Source: Candidatus Falkowbacteria bacterium (GTDB taxonomy: Bacteria; Patescibacteriota; Patescibacteriia; Patescibacteriales; UBA12465). Taken from it: DNA of 64,000 nt. The stretch is from contig JBAXJX010000001.1 in NCBI GenBank assembly GCA_037137655.1, positions 353,188 to 417,187 of the forward strand, read 5' to 3'. The stretch's first letter is position 1. Every line of letters starts with the position of its first letter. Below are positions 53,217 through 62,646 of the stretch, piece by piece. The translations under genes and the position numbers were made by a program. A model generated the notes under the pieces. It was not told where the DNA came from and did no database searches. It was given only the letters and a program-made list of their open reading frames with translations.

Positions 53217-55916
53217 TTATTGACAAGCCTCACAGTCCGGATTATTTATCAAACAAGCCTTAGGCGCTTCTTCTAAAATAACCTTAGGAATTTCCACTTC
53301 AATAGTTTTACTAATTTGTGAAGCCGCTAAGGTGCGCAAATAATAAGTGGTTTTCAACCCAGTCTCCCAAGCACTAACATATAAATCACTAAGCTCCTTA
53401 CCGCTGCTACCAGAGATAAAAATATTAGTCGAAGCACTTTGATCAATCCACTTGCCACGAGCAGCGGCAGCGGCGATTACCCACTTAGCCTCAATCTCAA
53501 ATGTTTCGCGATATTTATTTTTTATTTCCACCGGAATATTTGGCACACCAAGAACTGAACCATTATGATATTTAATCAAATCAACCATTTCCTTATTCCA
53601 TAAACCAATCGTTAATAAATCATCAACCAAATAACGATTAATAACAGTGAAGCTACCGGACATATTTTCTTTACTATAAATATTTTTAAAGATTGGTTCC
53701 ACGCACGGCACCGATCCGGCAATATTAGAAATGGTAGCTGTCGGCGCAATCGCTAAACAATTAGAATTACGCATACCTTGAGTTTTAATTTTAGTGCGCA
53801 AAGCATCCCAATCTAATGACGAATTTTTATTGACGCTTAATTTTACACCACGCTCATCCTCCAGTAATTGCAAAGTATCAAGCGGCATTAAACCGCGACT
53901 CCATTTGCTACCAGGGTAACTTTGATAAGATCCACGCTCCAGTGCTAAATCCGAACTAGCCTCATAAGCATAGTAAGAAATTAATTCCATTGATTTATCA
54001 GCAAAAGCCACATTAGCCTCACTCGCAAAATTAATTCCAATTTGATACAGCGCATCATGATAGCCCATTAAGCCTAAGCCAACTGGACGATGTAAGCTAT
54101 TAGATTTTTCAGTTTCTGGAATGGAATAATAATTAATATCAATCACGTTATCCAACATACGCATACCGATACGCACAGTTTTTTTTATCAACTCATTATC
54201 CAATTTCCCTGCCACCACCATTTTAGTTAAATTTAGACTAGCCAAATTACAAACCGCCACCTCATTCTTGGAATTGTTAAGCGTAATTTCCGTGCAAAGA
54301 TTGGAATTATGAACTGTGCCTACATGATCTTGTGGTGAACGTAAATTACATGGATCTTTAAAAGTAATCCACGGGTGACCAGTTTCAAATAACATTGTTA
54401 ACATCTTGCGCCACAAATCACGCGCTTTAATAGTTTTAGAACTGTGAATATTAGTTGCGTTAAGTTCGTAATCTAAATATTTATGTTCAAAATTTTTACC
54501 ATAAGCCTCGTGTAATCCAGGAACTTCATCCGGCGAAAATAATGTCCACTCGCCATCAGCAATAACTCGTTTCATAAATAAATCTGGAATCCAAACCGCT
54601 GGATGAATATCATGTGCCCGGCGTCTTTCGTCGCCGGTATTTTTCTTAAGCTCTAAAAATTCTTCGATATCTTTATGCCATGGCTCGAGATATGCCGCTA
54701 AGGCGCCACGACGTTTTCCACCTTGGTTAACGGCGACGGCAATGTCATTAAAGATTTTTATAAACGGAATTATACCTTGAGAATCACCATTAGTCCCTTT
54801 AATTTTTGAACCCATCGCCCGCACGTTAGTCCAATCGGTGCCGACACCGCCAGACCATTTCGATAAACTCGCCACATCAGAAAAAGATTTAAAAATTCCA
54901 GAGAGCGAGTCCTCCACGGAGTTTAAATAACATGAGCTTAGTTGGCTGTGGGTCGTGCCCGAATTAAACAAGGTTGGTGTTGATGGAATTAACAAGAATT
55001 CTGACATTGTGTTATAAAACTCAATTGCCCGTTCTTCTCGTTTATCTTCTTTTAATGCCAAGCCCATCGCAATTCGCATCCACATCCATTGAGGCAACTC
55101 AAAAACCTGGCGTGGCTGGAACGGTGTCTTCAATAAATAACGATCATAAATTGTTTGCGCTCCTAAGAATTGAAAATTATTATCACGCTCCGCTTTTAAG
55201 GCGCCAGCGATTATCTCTAAATTAAAATTAGCTAACTCTGGATCAAGCAATTCATATTCAATTCCCTTTTTAATGTAATCCGCAAAAGCATTGTTTAATG
55301 TTTTGTCACCCAAAATTTCCAGAGATAAATCATTTAACAATAAACGAGAGGCTAAATAAGAATAATTATAATGTCTTTCAATTAAAGCAATAACTGAATT
55401 TATTAATGCCTTATTTAATTCTTTAGTAGTAATTCCTTCGTAAAGACTTTGGCGCATGCCAACAATAATCGTGTCTAAATCGATATAATTCAAATCAATC
55501 GCTAAGTTTGATATTTTTTCGCGCCAAAAAGTTTCATTATAAAATTCTAACTCACCCTTTTCATTGTTAATCTTAAAAGAATTATTTTTTATTTCTTGAT
55601 TTATCCAATCCTTTTTTAACTCTCTTTGTTTTTGATGTTCCGAGCGATATAAAATATAAGCTTTGGCCACATCATAAGCACCAAGAGCCATCAATTCTTT
55701 TTCTGTTAAATCTTGAACATCCTCAACGCTTAAAGCTTTGTCCTTAGTGACAAAATCAACAATCACTTTATTTTCAACTGCCAAAGCAATTTCCTTGGCC
55801 GAATATTTACCAGTATAATCAAGAGCCGTTAAGGCTCGATCAATAGCTAATTCGATTTTACTTAAATTAAAATCAACTAATTCCCCGTTTCTTTTTTTTA
55901 CTTTATAAGTAAGCAT
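53217..55916 (-). CDS. nrdA: Ribonucleotide reductase class I alpha subunit with ATP-cone
   Basis: ATP-cone VKKRNGELVDFNLSKI. Catalytic NLCTEI. C-terminal CLINNPDCEACQ. ATG at 55914-55916 chosen; the track ORF extension is rejected. Confidence 0.95.
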   Translation of the reverse strand: MLTYKVKKRNGELVDFNLSKIELAIDRALTALDYTGKYSAKEIALAVENKVIVDFVTKDKALSVEDVQDLTEKELMALGAYDVAKAYILYRSEHQKQRELKKDWINQEIKNNSFKINNEKGELEFYNETFWREKISNLAIDLNYIDLDTIIVGMRQSLYEGITTKELNKALINSVIALIERHYNYSYLASRLLLNDLSLEILGDKTLNNAFADYIKKGIEYELLDPELANFNLEIIAGALKAERDNNFQFLGAQTIYDRYLLKTPFQPRQVFELPQWMWMRIAMGLALKEDKREERAIEFYNTMSEFLLIPSTPTLFNSGTTHSQLSSCYLNSVEDSLSGIFKSFSDVASLSKWSGGVGTDWTNVRAMGSKIKGTNGDSQGIIPFIKIFNDIAVAVNQGGKRRGALAAYLEPWHKDIEEFLELKKNTGDERRRAHDIHPAVWIPDLFMKRVIADGEWTLFSPDEVPGLHEAYGKNFEHKYLDYELNATNIHSSKTIKARDLWRKMLTMLFETGHPWITFKDPCNLRSPQDHVGTVHNSNLCTEITLNNSKNEVAVCNLASLNLTKMVVAGKLDNELIKKTVRIGMRMLDNVIDINYYSIPETEKSNSLHRPVGLGLMGYHDALYQIGINFASEANVAFADKSMELISYYAYEASSDLALERGSYQSYPGSKWSRGLMPLDTLQLLEDERGVKLSVNKNSSLDWDALRTKIKTQGMRNSNCLAIAPTATISNIAGSVPCVEPIFKNIYSKENMSGSFTVINRYLVDDLLTIGLWNKEMVDLIKYHNGSVLGVPNIPVEIKNKYRETFEIEAKWVIAAAAARGKWIDQSASTNIFISGSSGKELSDLYVSAWETGLKTTYYLRTLAASQISKTIEVEIPKVILEEAPKACLINNPDCEACQ

Positions 55917-55944
55917 AGGTTTAAAATTATTTTTTACAATATTT

Positions 55945-55992
55945 CCATATGTAGTATATGGTATGCTTATTATAGCACAACATGTAGTTTGT
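55945..55992 (-). promoter_or_regulatory. nrdAB promoter (extended -10 TGCTATAAT) flanked by two related boxes (possible NrdR-type operators)
   Basis: On the minus strand TGCTATAAT sits at 55969-55977. Box A is ccatatGTAGTatatgg (55945-55961). Box B is ACAACATGTAGTTTGT (55977-55992). Both share ATGTAGT, 33 bp apart. Confidence 0.35.
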
Positions 55993-56080
55993 AGCCAACA
56001 GTTAAAAAAATATGAAATCTTAGCCACTTCCCTCTTATTTTACAACCTAAAAGCTAAAAAAATATAAATTATCCACAGAC

Positions 56081-56112
56081 AAAAAAGAGTTCGATTTAAG
56101 TCGAACTCTTTT
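56081..56112 (-). terminator. Rho-independent terminator after tspO
   Basis: gagttcga-tttaag-tcgaactc, with a T-run on the minus strand. Confidence 0.7.
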
Positions 56113-56138
56113 GGTGCAAAAATATTTTATGGAAAATA

Positions 56139-56534
56139 CTAACGATTAATGTATGTAATTGTTAATTGCAAAATTGTTGCGAATGACACCCAAAGTAAAT
56201 ACGGGATTTGGATATAAGCAATCCACGGAGCATACGGATAAATTGTGATCATCGCCCAAATCAAGGTTCCTAAAATTAGTAAGATGTCGAGCGCGGCTAA
56301 TAAGTTATTTTGCAAACCAAATTGCAGAGGCGTAAAACAAGCGTTAAAAATAAGATTTAAAATAAATGGCAAAACAATTATGAAGCCGATTTCTTTTTTA
56401 AAACCCATTAGAAAAACCTTGCCGAAAGAAATAAAAATTAAAACATAAAGAAATGACCAAACCGGACCAAAGAGCCATGACGGCGGAGCCCAAGATGGTT
56501 TAAGAAGTTGTGCGTACCATTCGTATGATTTCAT
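56139..56534 (-). CDS. tspO: TspO/MBR-family protein, short form
   Basis: EWYAQLLKPSWAPPSWLFGPVWSFLYVLI signature. 131 aa, about 4 TM helices. Confidence 0.8.
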   Translation of the reverse strand: MKSYEWYAQLLKPSWAPPSWLFGPVWSFLYVLIFISFGKVFLMGFKKEIGFIIVLPFILNLIFNACFTPLQFGLQNNLLAALDILLILGTLIWAMITIYPYAPWIAYIQIPYLLWVSFATILQLTITYINR

Positions 56535-56542
56535 AAATTTAA

Positions 56543-57769
56543 TTAATTACTTGGAGTTAAATATCTAATAATAACTACACCTGAACCACCGGCAAGTCCA
56601 TAACTACCAAAAGCACCGCCTCCACCGCCTCCACCGGTATTTGGAGTGCCAGCACTAGTACTACCGCCAGTTCCTCCACTGCCAGTGCCACCAGCACCAT
56701 TAGTACCACCACCAGCAGTATAGCCAGTACCTCCGCCGCCGCCAGCATAATAAACACTTGAGCCACTTATACCATAAGAACAACCGATACCGCCAGCGCC
56801 ACCAGAATATCCATATGTTGTATGACCAGCCGCGCCACAACCGCCACCGCCCGGAGCAGCATTATAACCTGACCAAGCGCCGCCACCGCCATTATTACCT
56901 TGTCCGACCATCCCGGTACCGCCCGGATCACCAGCAGTACTACCGCCACCACCAGAGCCGCCGCTTCCAGCCACGCCGCCAGAACCACCAAAAGCGCCGC
57001 CGCCGCCGCCATAAGCAGTTATACCACTAAATACCGAATTACCACCATTACCACCATTACTGGCTGGTGTTCCACCGGCACCGATTGTCACACCATAAGC
57101 CTGAGCGCTAACCGCATAGGACGAACTAGAAACTAAACCACCGGCACCACCACCGCCGCCATAATGATAACCACCAGCACCACCACCCGCCACAACTAAA
57201 ATTTCAATATTACCAGCACTGTTCGGCGTGAATGTTCCACTATTATTAAAAGTATGAATTGTATAAAGACCGCTAGTCGTAATTGTACCACCATTCGCCG
57301 CAAAAGTTACTGGGGTACAATCAATATTTGAAACACCACTTGGAGTGGCGCATTTAAATCCTGGTGCGCTAGCTGCGACACTACCGCCAAGACAATAAGA
57401 TAAAGTGTAAGAGCTGCCATCACTGGATGATAAATAACCATAAGCCCGATTAGCGGCGCTCGTGCAAGATCCGTCAGCCGGAGTTGGCGGTGTTGGAATT
57501 ATTGCCATGTACGTTGTCGTGCCTAAAGTTGAAGTAGAAAAAATTGAACCAGAATTAAATTCCCCTTTTGTTGGATAGCGCTGCTGATCATTGAAAAATA
57601 ATTCGAGCGCAGTTTGGATTTGTTTGACGTCAGCCACGCGACGCGCGTCACGCGCTTTAGCTCGAGCATTTTGTAAAGCCACAACTGCAATCGTCGCTAA
57701 AATGCCGATAATGGCGATAACAACAAGGAGTTCGATAAGAGTAAAGCCGCGTTTATTTTTTGGTGGCAT
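56543..57769 (-). CDS. Type IV pilin-like protein with large glycine-rich C-terminal domain
   Basis: MPPKNKRG|[24 protein letters not shown]. Pilin head with Cys pairs. Then about 240 aa of Gly-rich sequence from [24 protein letters not shown] to [10 protein letters not shown]. Confidence 0.8.
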   Translation of the reverse strand: MPPKNKRGFTLIELLVVIAIIGILATIAVVALQNARAKARDARRVADVKQIQTALELFFNDQQRYPTKGEFNSGSIFSTSTLGTTTYMAIIPTPPTPADGSCTSAANRAYGYLSSSDGSSYTLSYCLGGSVAASAPGFKCATPSGVSNIDCTPVTFAANGGTITTSGLYTIHTFNNSGTFTPNSAGNIEILVVAGGGAGGYHYGGGGGAGGLVSSSSYAVSAQAYGVTIGAGGTPASNGGNGGNSVFSGITAYGGGGGAFGGSGGVAGSGGSGGGGSTAGDPGGTGMVGQGNNGGGGAWSGYNAAPGGGGCGAAGHTTYGYSGGAGGIGCSYGISGSSVYYAGGGGGTGYTAGGGTNGAGGTGSGGTGGSTSAGTPNTGGGGGGGAFGSYGLAGGSGVVIIRYLTPSN

Positions 57770-57788
57770 AAGTAAAATGAATAAATTT

Positions 57789-58712
57789 TTAATATTTTAA
57801 TTTTAGCGCAAATTTTTCTTCAAATTTTTTAATCTTCGGTGAAATAACTAAATCGCAATAAACTTGATGACCGTTCTTTAAATAATAATCACGGTGGTAA
57901 TCCTCGGCTGGATAAAAAACTAACAATGGCTTAATCTCGGTTACAATCGGATCTTTAAATTCTTTATTTTTTTCCAAATTAGCAATATATTCTTGAGCTG
58001 CTTGCCACTCCGCATCCGAATTAAATAAAATTATTGAACGATATTGTTCGCCCACATCATTTCCTTGTCGATTTAAAGAGGTTGGATCATGCATAGCGAA
58101 AAACACCTCCAAGAGATCATTGTAACTTATTAATTGCGGATCAAATTCAATTTTAACTACTTCCGCATGACCACTCGTGCCAGCTGAAACTTGTTCATAA
58201 GTTGGATTAACTAAGTGGCCGCCAGCGTAACCAGAGATAACCGAGACAACACCCTTTAATCTTTGGAAAATAGCCTCGCAACACCAAAAACAGCCACCAC
58301 CAAAAACAGCCACTGCCCGACCTTCGGCAATTTTTAATTTAGGTACAAATCTTAAAGATAAAGAGTTTACACAATGACGTGCGTCAAGCGGTGTTAAATT
58401 TTCTCCGGTAAAAACATGGCCCAAATGAGCCCCGCAAGTCGCACAAGTAATTTCCATTCTTTGACCATCAGCATCAGGGCTATGATTAACCCGTCCAGAG
58501 ATTTCTTGATCAAAACTAGGCCAACCACAATGAGCATCAAATTTTGCTTCTGATTTATAAAGCGGCGTATCACAACGACGACATACATAAATTCCGTCAG
58601 CAAATAAACTATCATACTCACCGCTACCACGAAGTTCCGTGCCTTTATGCAACATAATTTGCTCTTCGGCAGCAGTTAATTTATTTAATTTTGTTTTTAT
58701 TTGATCCAACAT
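57789..58712 (-). CDS. Bifunctional methionine sulfoxide reductase, MsrB-MsrA order
   Basis: MsrB: [32 protein letters not shown]. MsrA: [35 protein letters not shown] at 58710-58712 preferred over the TTG at 58733. Confidence 0.9.
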   Translation of the reverse strand: MLDQIKTKLNKLTAAEEQIMLHKGTELRGSGEYDSLFADGIYVCRRCDTPLYKSEAKFDAHCGWPSFDQEISGRVNHSPDADGQRMEITCATCGAHLGHVFTGENLTPLDARHCVNSLSLRFVPKLKIAEGRAVAVFGGGCFWCCEAIFQRLKGVVSVISGYAGGHLVNPTYEQVSAGTSGHAEVVKIEFDPQLISYNDLLEVFFAMHDPTSLNRQGNDVGEQYRSIILFNSDAEWQAAQEYIANLEKNKEFKDPIVTEIKPLLVFYPAEDYHRDYYLKNGHQVYCDLVISPKIKKFEEKFALKLKY

Positions 58713-58795
58713 AAAATTATTTTTTAGCTGCAATTACTGCTTTAAAAAATTAGTTTATTGTAATGCTAATATTATAGCAAAATTTGAAAAATAAT

Positions 58796-58830
58796 AAAAT
58801 AAAAAACAGCTGGGCGAACCATGCTGTTTA
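58796..58830 (-). terminator. Possible terminator after the GH25 gene
   Basis: aaacagc (58804-58810) pairs with gctgttt (58823-58829). 12-nt loop. T-run on the minus strand. Confidence 0.45.
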
Positions 58831-58835
58831 TAAAA

Positions 58836-59534
58836 TTAAAGGATTATTTTATGGAGATTGCGTGCAATATTAGCATCAACTTTTCCATGAATACCTTTAA
58901 TGGTAAATTTCGATGAGAATTGATGAATGCGTGAACTTTTTACCAAGTCATCTTGTTTTTTATCAGGATCATAAGCGGCCACCCACAATGGATACCACTC
59001 GAAACCATGATTTTTCATATAACGTTCGTAAAAATTATGACTAGTATAAATCATTGGCTTGCGACCATATTTTTTGTCGAGTGCTAAAAGCATTAACTTT
59101 AGTTCACCCAATAAAGAATCCATTGATTTATTTTTACTAATCCTTTCAATGTCTAAAACTGGAATAATATCACCATTTACCAAAGTTACGGTCGCGGAGA
59201 AATTTTTTATTTGCGCCGCCGCACTTTCATTCGGATCAAAGTAATGATAAGCCCCAACAACAAAACCATTTTTCTTCGCCTCTTTGTAGTTCACTTGGAA
59301 TTTTTTATCCTTGCGATCAGCTCCCATTGTAGACCGAATGATGACAAATTTTACTGCCTTCGGTTTTTTTTCATCCTTAACTGTTTTCCAGTTAATGTCA
59401 CCATTGTTCTCCGACACATCAATCCCAAAAGAAATTTGCGTCTTGTTAGTTTTCTTAATTCCAGCGTCCTTTAAATCGACTTGAGCCGCGCAAAGGACCA
59501 ACAGAAATAACATTAAAAAAATTTTCACCTTCAT
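58836..59534 (-). CDS. Secreted GH25 muramidase (lysozyme)
   Basis: Signal peptide MKVKIFLMLFLLVLCAA. GIDVSENNGDINW, GAYHYF, PVLDIE motifs. RBS GAGGGGAG lies upstream of the ATG at 59532-59534. Confidence 0.85.
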   Translation of the reverse strand: MKVKIFLMLFLLVLCAAQVDLKDAGIKKTNKTQISFGIDVSENNGDINWKTVKDEKKPKAVKFVIIRSTMGADRKDKKFQVNYKEAKKNGFVVGAYHYFDPNESAAAQIKNFSATVTLVNGDIIPVLDIERISKNKSMDSLLGELKLMLLALDKKYGRKPMIYTSHNFYERYMKNHGFEWYPLWVAAYDPDKKQDDLVKSSRIHQFSSKFTIKGIHGKVDANIARNLHKIIL

Positions 59535-59683
59535 ATCATCTCCCCTCTTTTTTAAGAACAATTATTGTTAAATAATATAATAATTTTGCGTAAAAGTCAA
59601 ATAAAAAAGGAGCCCTATAAGCATAGCTCTCCTTTGTAATTTGTAGTAAAAAAATGTTTTTGATAAATTGCAGAATCAGCCGA

Positions 59684-60652
59684 TTACTTAATTTCCAAAT
59701 TTTTAATTTTCTCAGCCTGTCTCAAGATCCACCACACGCGCAATGGTCGAATCATTAAAACATAGCCAATTTCAAAAAAATCAGCTCCAGCCTTCTTTAT
59801 CATTCTAACTTTCTTGGGTGACGATATTCCACCACTGGCTTTAATTGGCATTTTAATTCCCTCAAATCTTAAATTCTGAATTTTATACAAAACTAAAGGA
59901 AAGATATCGGAACCAGATAAGCCACCACCACCAAATTCGGCCAACGGCGATTCACCTGTTTTGGAAAATTTCTTCCAATCAATTCCAACATCTGGCGTGC
60001 CCCAAGGAATAGTATTAGAGATAGTCAGGATGTCGCACAAGCCACTAGCCTCTATTTCCCTGACTGTTTCCGTGCCAATTAAAGCGTTGGCCTTTAAATC
60101 CAAGGGGATCTTCAAATCAGAAGCAATTCTTAAAACCTCTAAAGCCTCACCCGCCAAGTCAGCCGTGTGATGCTTAGTATTAGGACAAGAGATATTAATT
60201 TGCAAACCAATTTTAGTTTTAAATCCTGGCAGATAGTATTTTAGCAATGCCACAAAATCTTTCGTTTCTTGTAAGCGCTCTTCTTTAGTGTTGCCAACAG
60301 CCATAAAAGAAATAAAAAACGGTCTATCAATTTTTTGCCAGCGACCATCATCAAATAAAGCTTTAGCACCTGGGCCACTTAAACCAACCGCATTTAAAAC
60401 CGCACCTTTAAACGGATAAATTTTAATACACTTTGGTTTAAATTCTTTTGGTTGCAAGTTCTTATTAAGTGGCATATTTCCTGCACGATAATTCAAAGTG
60501 GTAGTTTTAGCCACAAAAGTAGTTCTGTTAATCCGTCTAAAGCCAGGTACAAATATTTTATACAAAACATCGTACGGCCAACCATCACCAAAAAAGTTCA
60601 ATGACCCGGAGGCCAAAAAACAATTCGTAAATTCAATTCCTCTAATTTTCAT
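59684..60652 (-). CDS. Dihydroorotate dehydrogenase-like flavoenzyme (class 1-like)
   Basis: FxNxxxxASG N-terminus, GLSGPG, INISCPNTKH (Cys base region), ASGGISS. The assignment within the DHOD/DHPD superfamily is uncertain. Confidence 0.6.
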   Translation of the reverse strand: MKIRGIEFTNCFLASGSLNFFGDGWPYDVLYKIFVPGFRRINRTTFVAKTTTLNYRAGNMPLNKNLQPKEFKPKCIKIYPFKGAVLNAVGLSGPGAKALFDDGRWQKIDRPFFISFMAVGNTKEERLQETKDFVALLKYYLPGFKTKIGLQINISCPNTKHHTADLAGEALEVLRIASDLKIPLDLKANALIGTETVREIEASGLCDILTISNTIPWGTPDVGIDWKKFSKTGESPLAEFGGGGLSGSDIFPLVLYKIQNLRFEGIKMPIKASGGISSPKKVRMIKKAGADFFEIGYVLMIRPLRVWWILRQAEKIKNLEIK

Positions 60653-60724
60653 TTTTATTTATTTTTAAGGTTCATATTTGTTTCTATCAAGCTAAACCTA
60701 ACACAAAGCTTTAAAAATTGCAAG

Positions 60725-60753
60725 TTGACAAAAAAAGCGAAGAATGCTTAAAT
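60725..60753 (+). promoter_or_regulatory. Sigma70-type promoter for pyrC
   Basis: TTGACA, 17-nt spacer (TGc), TTAAAT. It sits 44 nt upstream of the ATG. Confidence 0.5.
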
Positions 60754-60797
60754 AAGCTAAATAAGTTTGTATATTAACAATTTAAAACCAATAGACT

Positions 60798-61850
60798 ATG
60801 AATAACTACAGCTGCATTATCCCCATCGACCTCCACGTTCACGGACGCACCGGACTAATACTGGAGAGCGTAATTCCCTACACTTACAACAACTTTGACT
60901 CGGCCGTGATGATGGGAAATCTAGCTGAGCCAGATGGACCAACCGATAGCTTGGAAAAAGTTATCACTTACCGTAATGAAATTATGAGTCATGTGCCGAA
61001 AAACAATCCGTTTAAACCAATCATGACTGTTATGCTCACGCGCAGTTTAACGCCGGAAAAATTACATGACGCCGCCACTGTAGCACGCGTTTTAAAATTT
61101 ATTCCTGGAGCGACATCAACCAATTCAAGTGGCGGAATATCTTTCTTTGAGTTAAAAAAATCTTATTACCCAGTTTTGAAAATGGCGGAAAAAATTGGCA
61201 TGATCTTTTCGGTGCATGCTGAATTAATCAAAGACAGCTTTGGTCGCGATATCCCAGAATTGGAACGTGAAGCGGCAGCCATTCCTTTTATGGAAGATAT
61301 TGTCCATAAATTTCCAAGATTAAAAATTGTCTTCGAACACGTTTCTAGTCGCGCAGCTTGTGATTTTGTAAAAGCGTGCCCGGATAACGTGGCCGCCACA
61401 ATTACCCTGCATCATCTAATTTTAAGCAAAGAAGATGTTTTTAACACTAACGGCGAGGTTGATAATATTTTCAACTACTGCAAACCACCAGCTAAAAAAG
61501 TATCGGATCGCGAAGCAATTTTAAAAGTGGCCTTTTCCGGACATAAGAAATTTTTCTTTGGTTCTGATTCCGCTCCACATCCAATCAGCGCTAAATTAAA
61601 CAATGGTGCTGCTGGAGTGTTTACCGCCCCAATTCTGGTCGAAAAATTAGTTGAAATTTTTGCCAAAGCCAATAAGTTGGATAAGCTGGAAAAATTCATG
61701 TCAATCAATGGTCGCAAATTCTATGGTCTACCAATTCCTGACCAAAGAATTGAATTTACCAAGATTGAACATGAACACGCCAATGAAGTTAATGGAATTA
61801 GAATATTTAATTGTGACTTCAGAAAATTACAATGGCGTCGAATCGTCTAA
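60798..61850 (+). CDS. pyrC: Dihydroorotase (E. coli-type, class II)
   Basis: Collinear with E. coli PyrC as I remember it: DLHVH, VLKFIPGATSTNS (carboxylated-Lys region), VHAE, KIVFEHVSS, ATITLHHL, GSDSAPH, INGRKFYGLP. Confidence 0.85.
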   Translation: MNNYSCIIPIDLHVHGRTGLILESVIPYTYNNFDSAVMMGNLAEPDGPTDSLEKVITYRNEIMSHVPKNNPFKPIMTVMLTRSLTPEKLHDAATVARVLKFIPGATSTNSSGGISFFELKKSYYPVLKMAEKIGMIFSVHAELIKDSFGRDIPELEREAAAIPFMEDIVHKFPRLKIVFEHVSSRAACDFVKACPDNVAATITLHHLILSKEDVFNTNGEVDNIFNYCKPPAKKVSDREAILKVAFSGHKKFFFGSDSAPHPISAKLNNGAAGVFTAPILVEKLVEIFAKANKLDKLEKFMSINGRKFYGLPIPDQRIEFTKIEHEHANEVNGIRIFNCDFRKLQWRRIV

Positions 61851-61864
61851 AAATCTAAAAACAC

Positions 61865-61897
61865 AAAAGCCTTAAGAAAAATCTTAAGGCTTTTTTA
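61865..61897 (+). terminator. Rho-independent terminator
   Basis: aagccttaag-aaaaat-cttaaggctt, followed by tttt. Confidence 0.8.
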
Positions 61898-61942
61898 TTG
61901 CACCTGCCATAGCTTTAGCGTCGGCTGGTTACATCTTTTCTA

Positions 61943-62575
61943 TTATTTTATTTCCATGAAAACTTCATCCTTGGCAAAACGCACTTTACGCGCCAAGACA
62001 TACGGATCACTCTCTGAGCGATAACCAAGCGGGCAGATTAAAACACTTTCATAACCCTTCTCATCTAAGCCTAGAATTTCGTTTACTTTTGTAGCATTAA
62101 AACCTTCCATTGGACAAGCATCAATCTTTTTTAAAGCCGCGGTTTCCAATAAGAAGCCCAAAGCGATGCAAGCTTGCTTACTAGCCCACGCTTTTAACTC
62201 ATCATCACTGCGGCTAGTAATGGCGCCAAGCATCATTTTTTTATAATCCGCTAAAGTCGAAATTTGAATTAGTCGAGTAGTAGCCACCAACTCCAAATAA
62301 TCATCAATGATTTTTTCATCGATTTTTTTTGGCACCACAAAAACTATTAATTCCGCCGCATCAACCGCTTGCATTTGACCATGAGCCGCCGCCGCAATTT
62401 TTTCTCTTAACTCTGGATTTTTTACCACGAAGGCTTTCCATAACGGCAAACCATAAGAACTTGGGGCTAAGCGTGTCGCCTCCAATAATTCATCAAAGTC
62501 AGTGGCGCTAATTTTTTTACTAGCATCAAATACTTTAGTGGCATAACGCCAATTTAGCTGTTCGATAATATTCAT
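61943..62575 (-). CDS. Nitroreductase-family NAD(P)H:FMN oxidoreductase
   Basis: LNWRYATKVFD N-terminus, SSYGLPLWKAFVV, CPMEGF. 210 aa. Confidence 0.8.
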   Translation of the reverse strand: MNIIEQLNWRYATKVFDASKKISATDFDELLEATRLAPSSYGLPLWKAFVVKNPELREKIAAAAHGQMQAVDAAELIVFVVPKKIDEKIIDDYLELVATTRLIQISTLADYKKMMLGAITSRSDDELKAWASKQACIALGFLLETAALKKIDACPMEGFNATKVNEILGLDEKGYESVLICPLGYRSESDPYVLARKVRFAKDEVFMEIK

Positions 62576-62646
62576 ATTTTTTATTTTTTATTACTTTATT
62601 AAATACAGAAAAATATTAGCACCTATTCATAAAAAAACAAACCAGT

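Noticed and set aside
56575-57136. Cluster of long ORFs on both strands (56575-56766-, 56758-57030+, 56767-57012-, 56900-57136+) in a GC-rich patch. It could look like an inserted foreign island or overlapping genes.
   Set aside because: All lie inside the Gly-rich part of the pilin-like gene 56543-57769. Runs of GGN/GCN codons remove stop codons in other frames and raise local GC. The products are low-complexity Ala/Val/Leu or Arg/His strings. The compositional shift is explained by the amino-acid bias, not by horizontal transfer.
61898-61942. GC-richer stretch gcacctgccatagctttagcgtcggctggttac after the pyrC terminator, considered as a tRNA fragment or attachment-site remnant.
   Set aside because: No convincing stem structure or repeat partner in the window. 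Too short to interpret.
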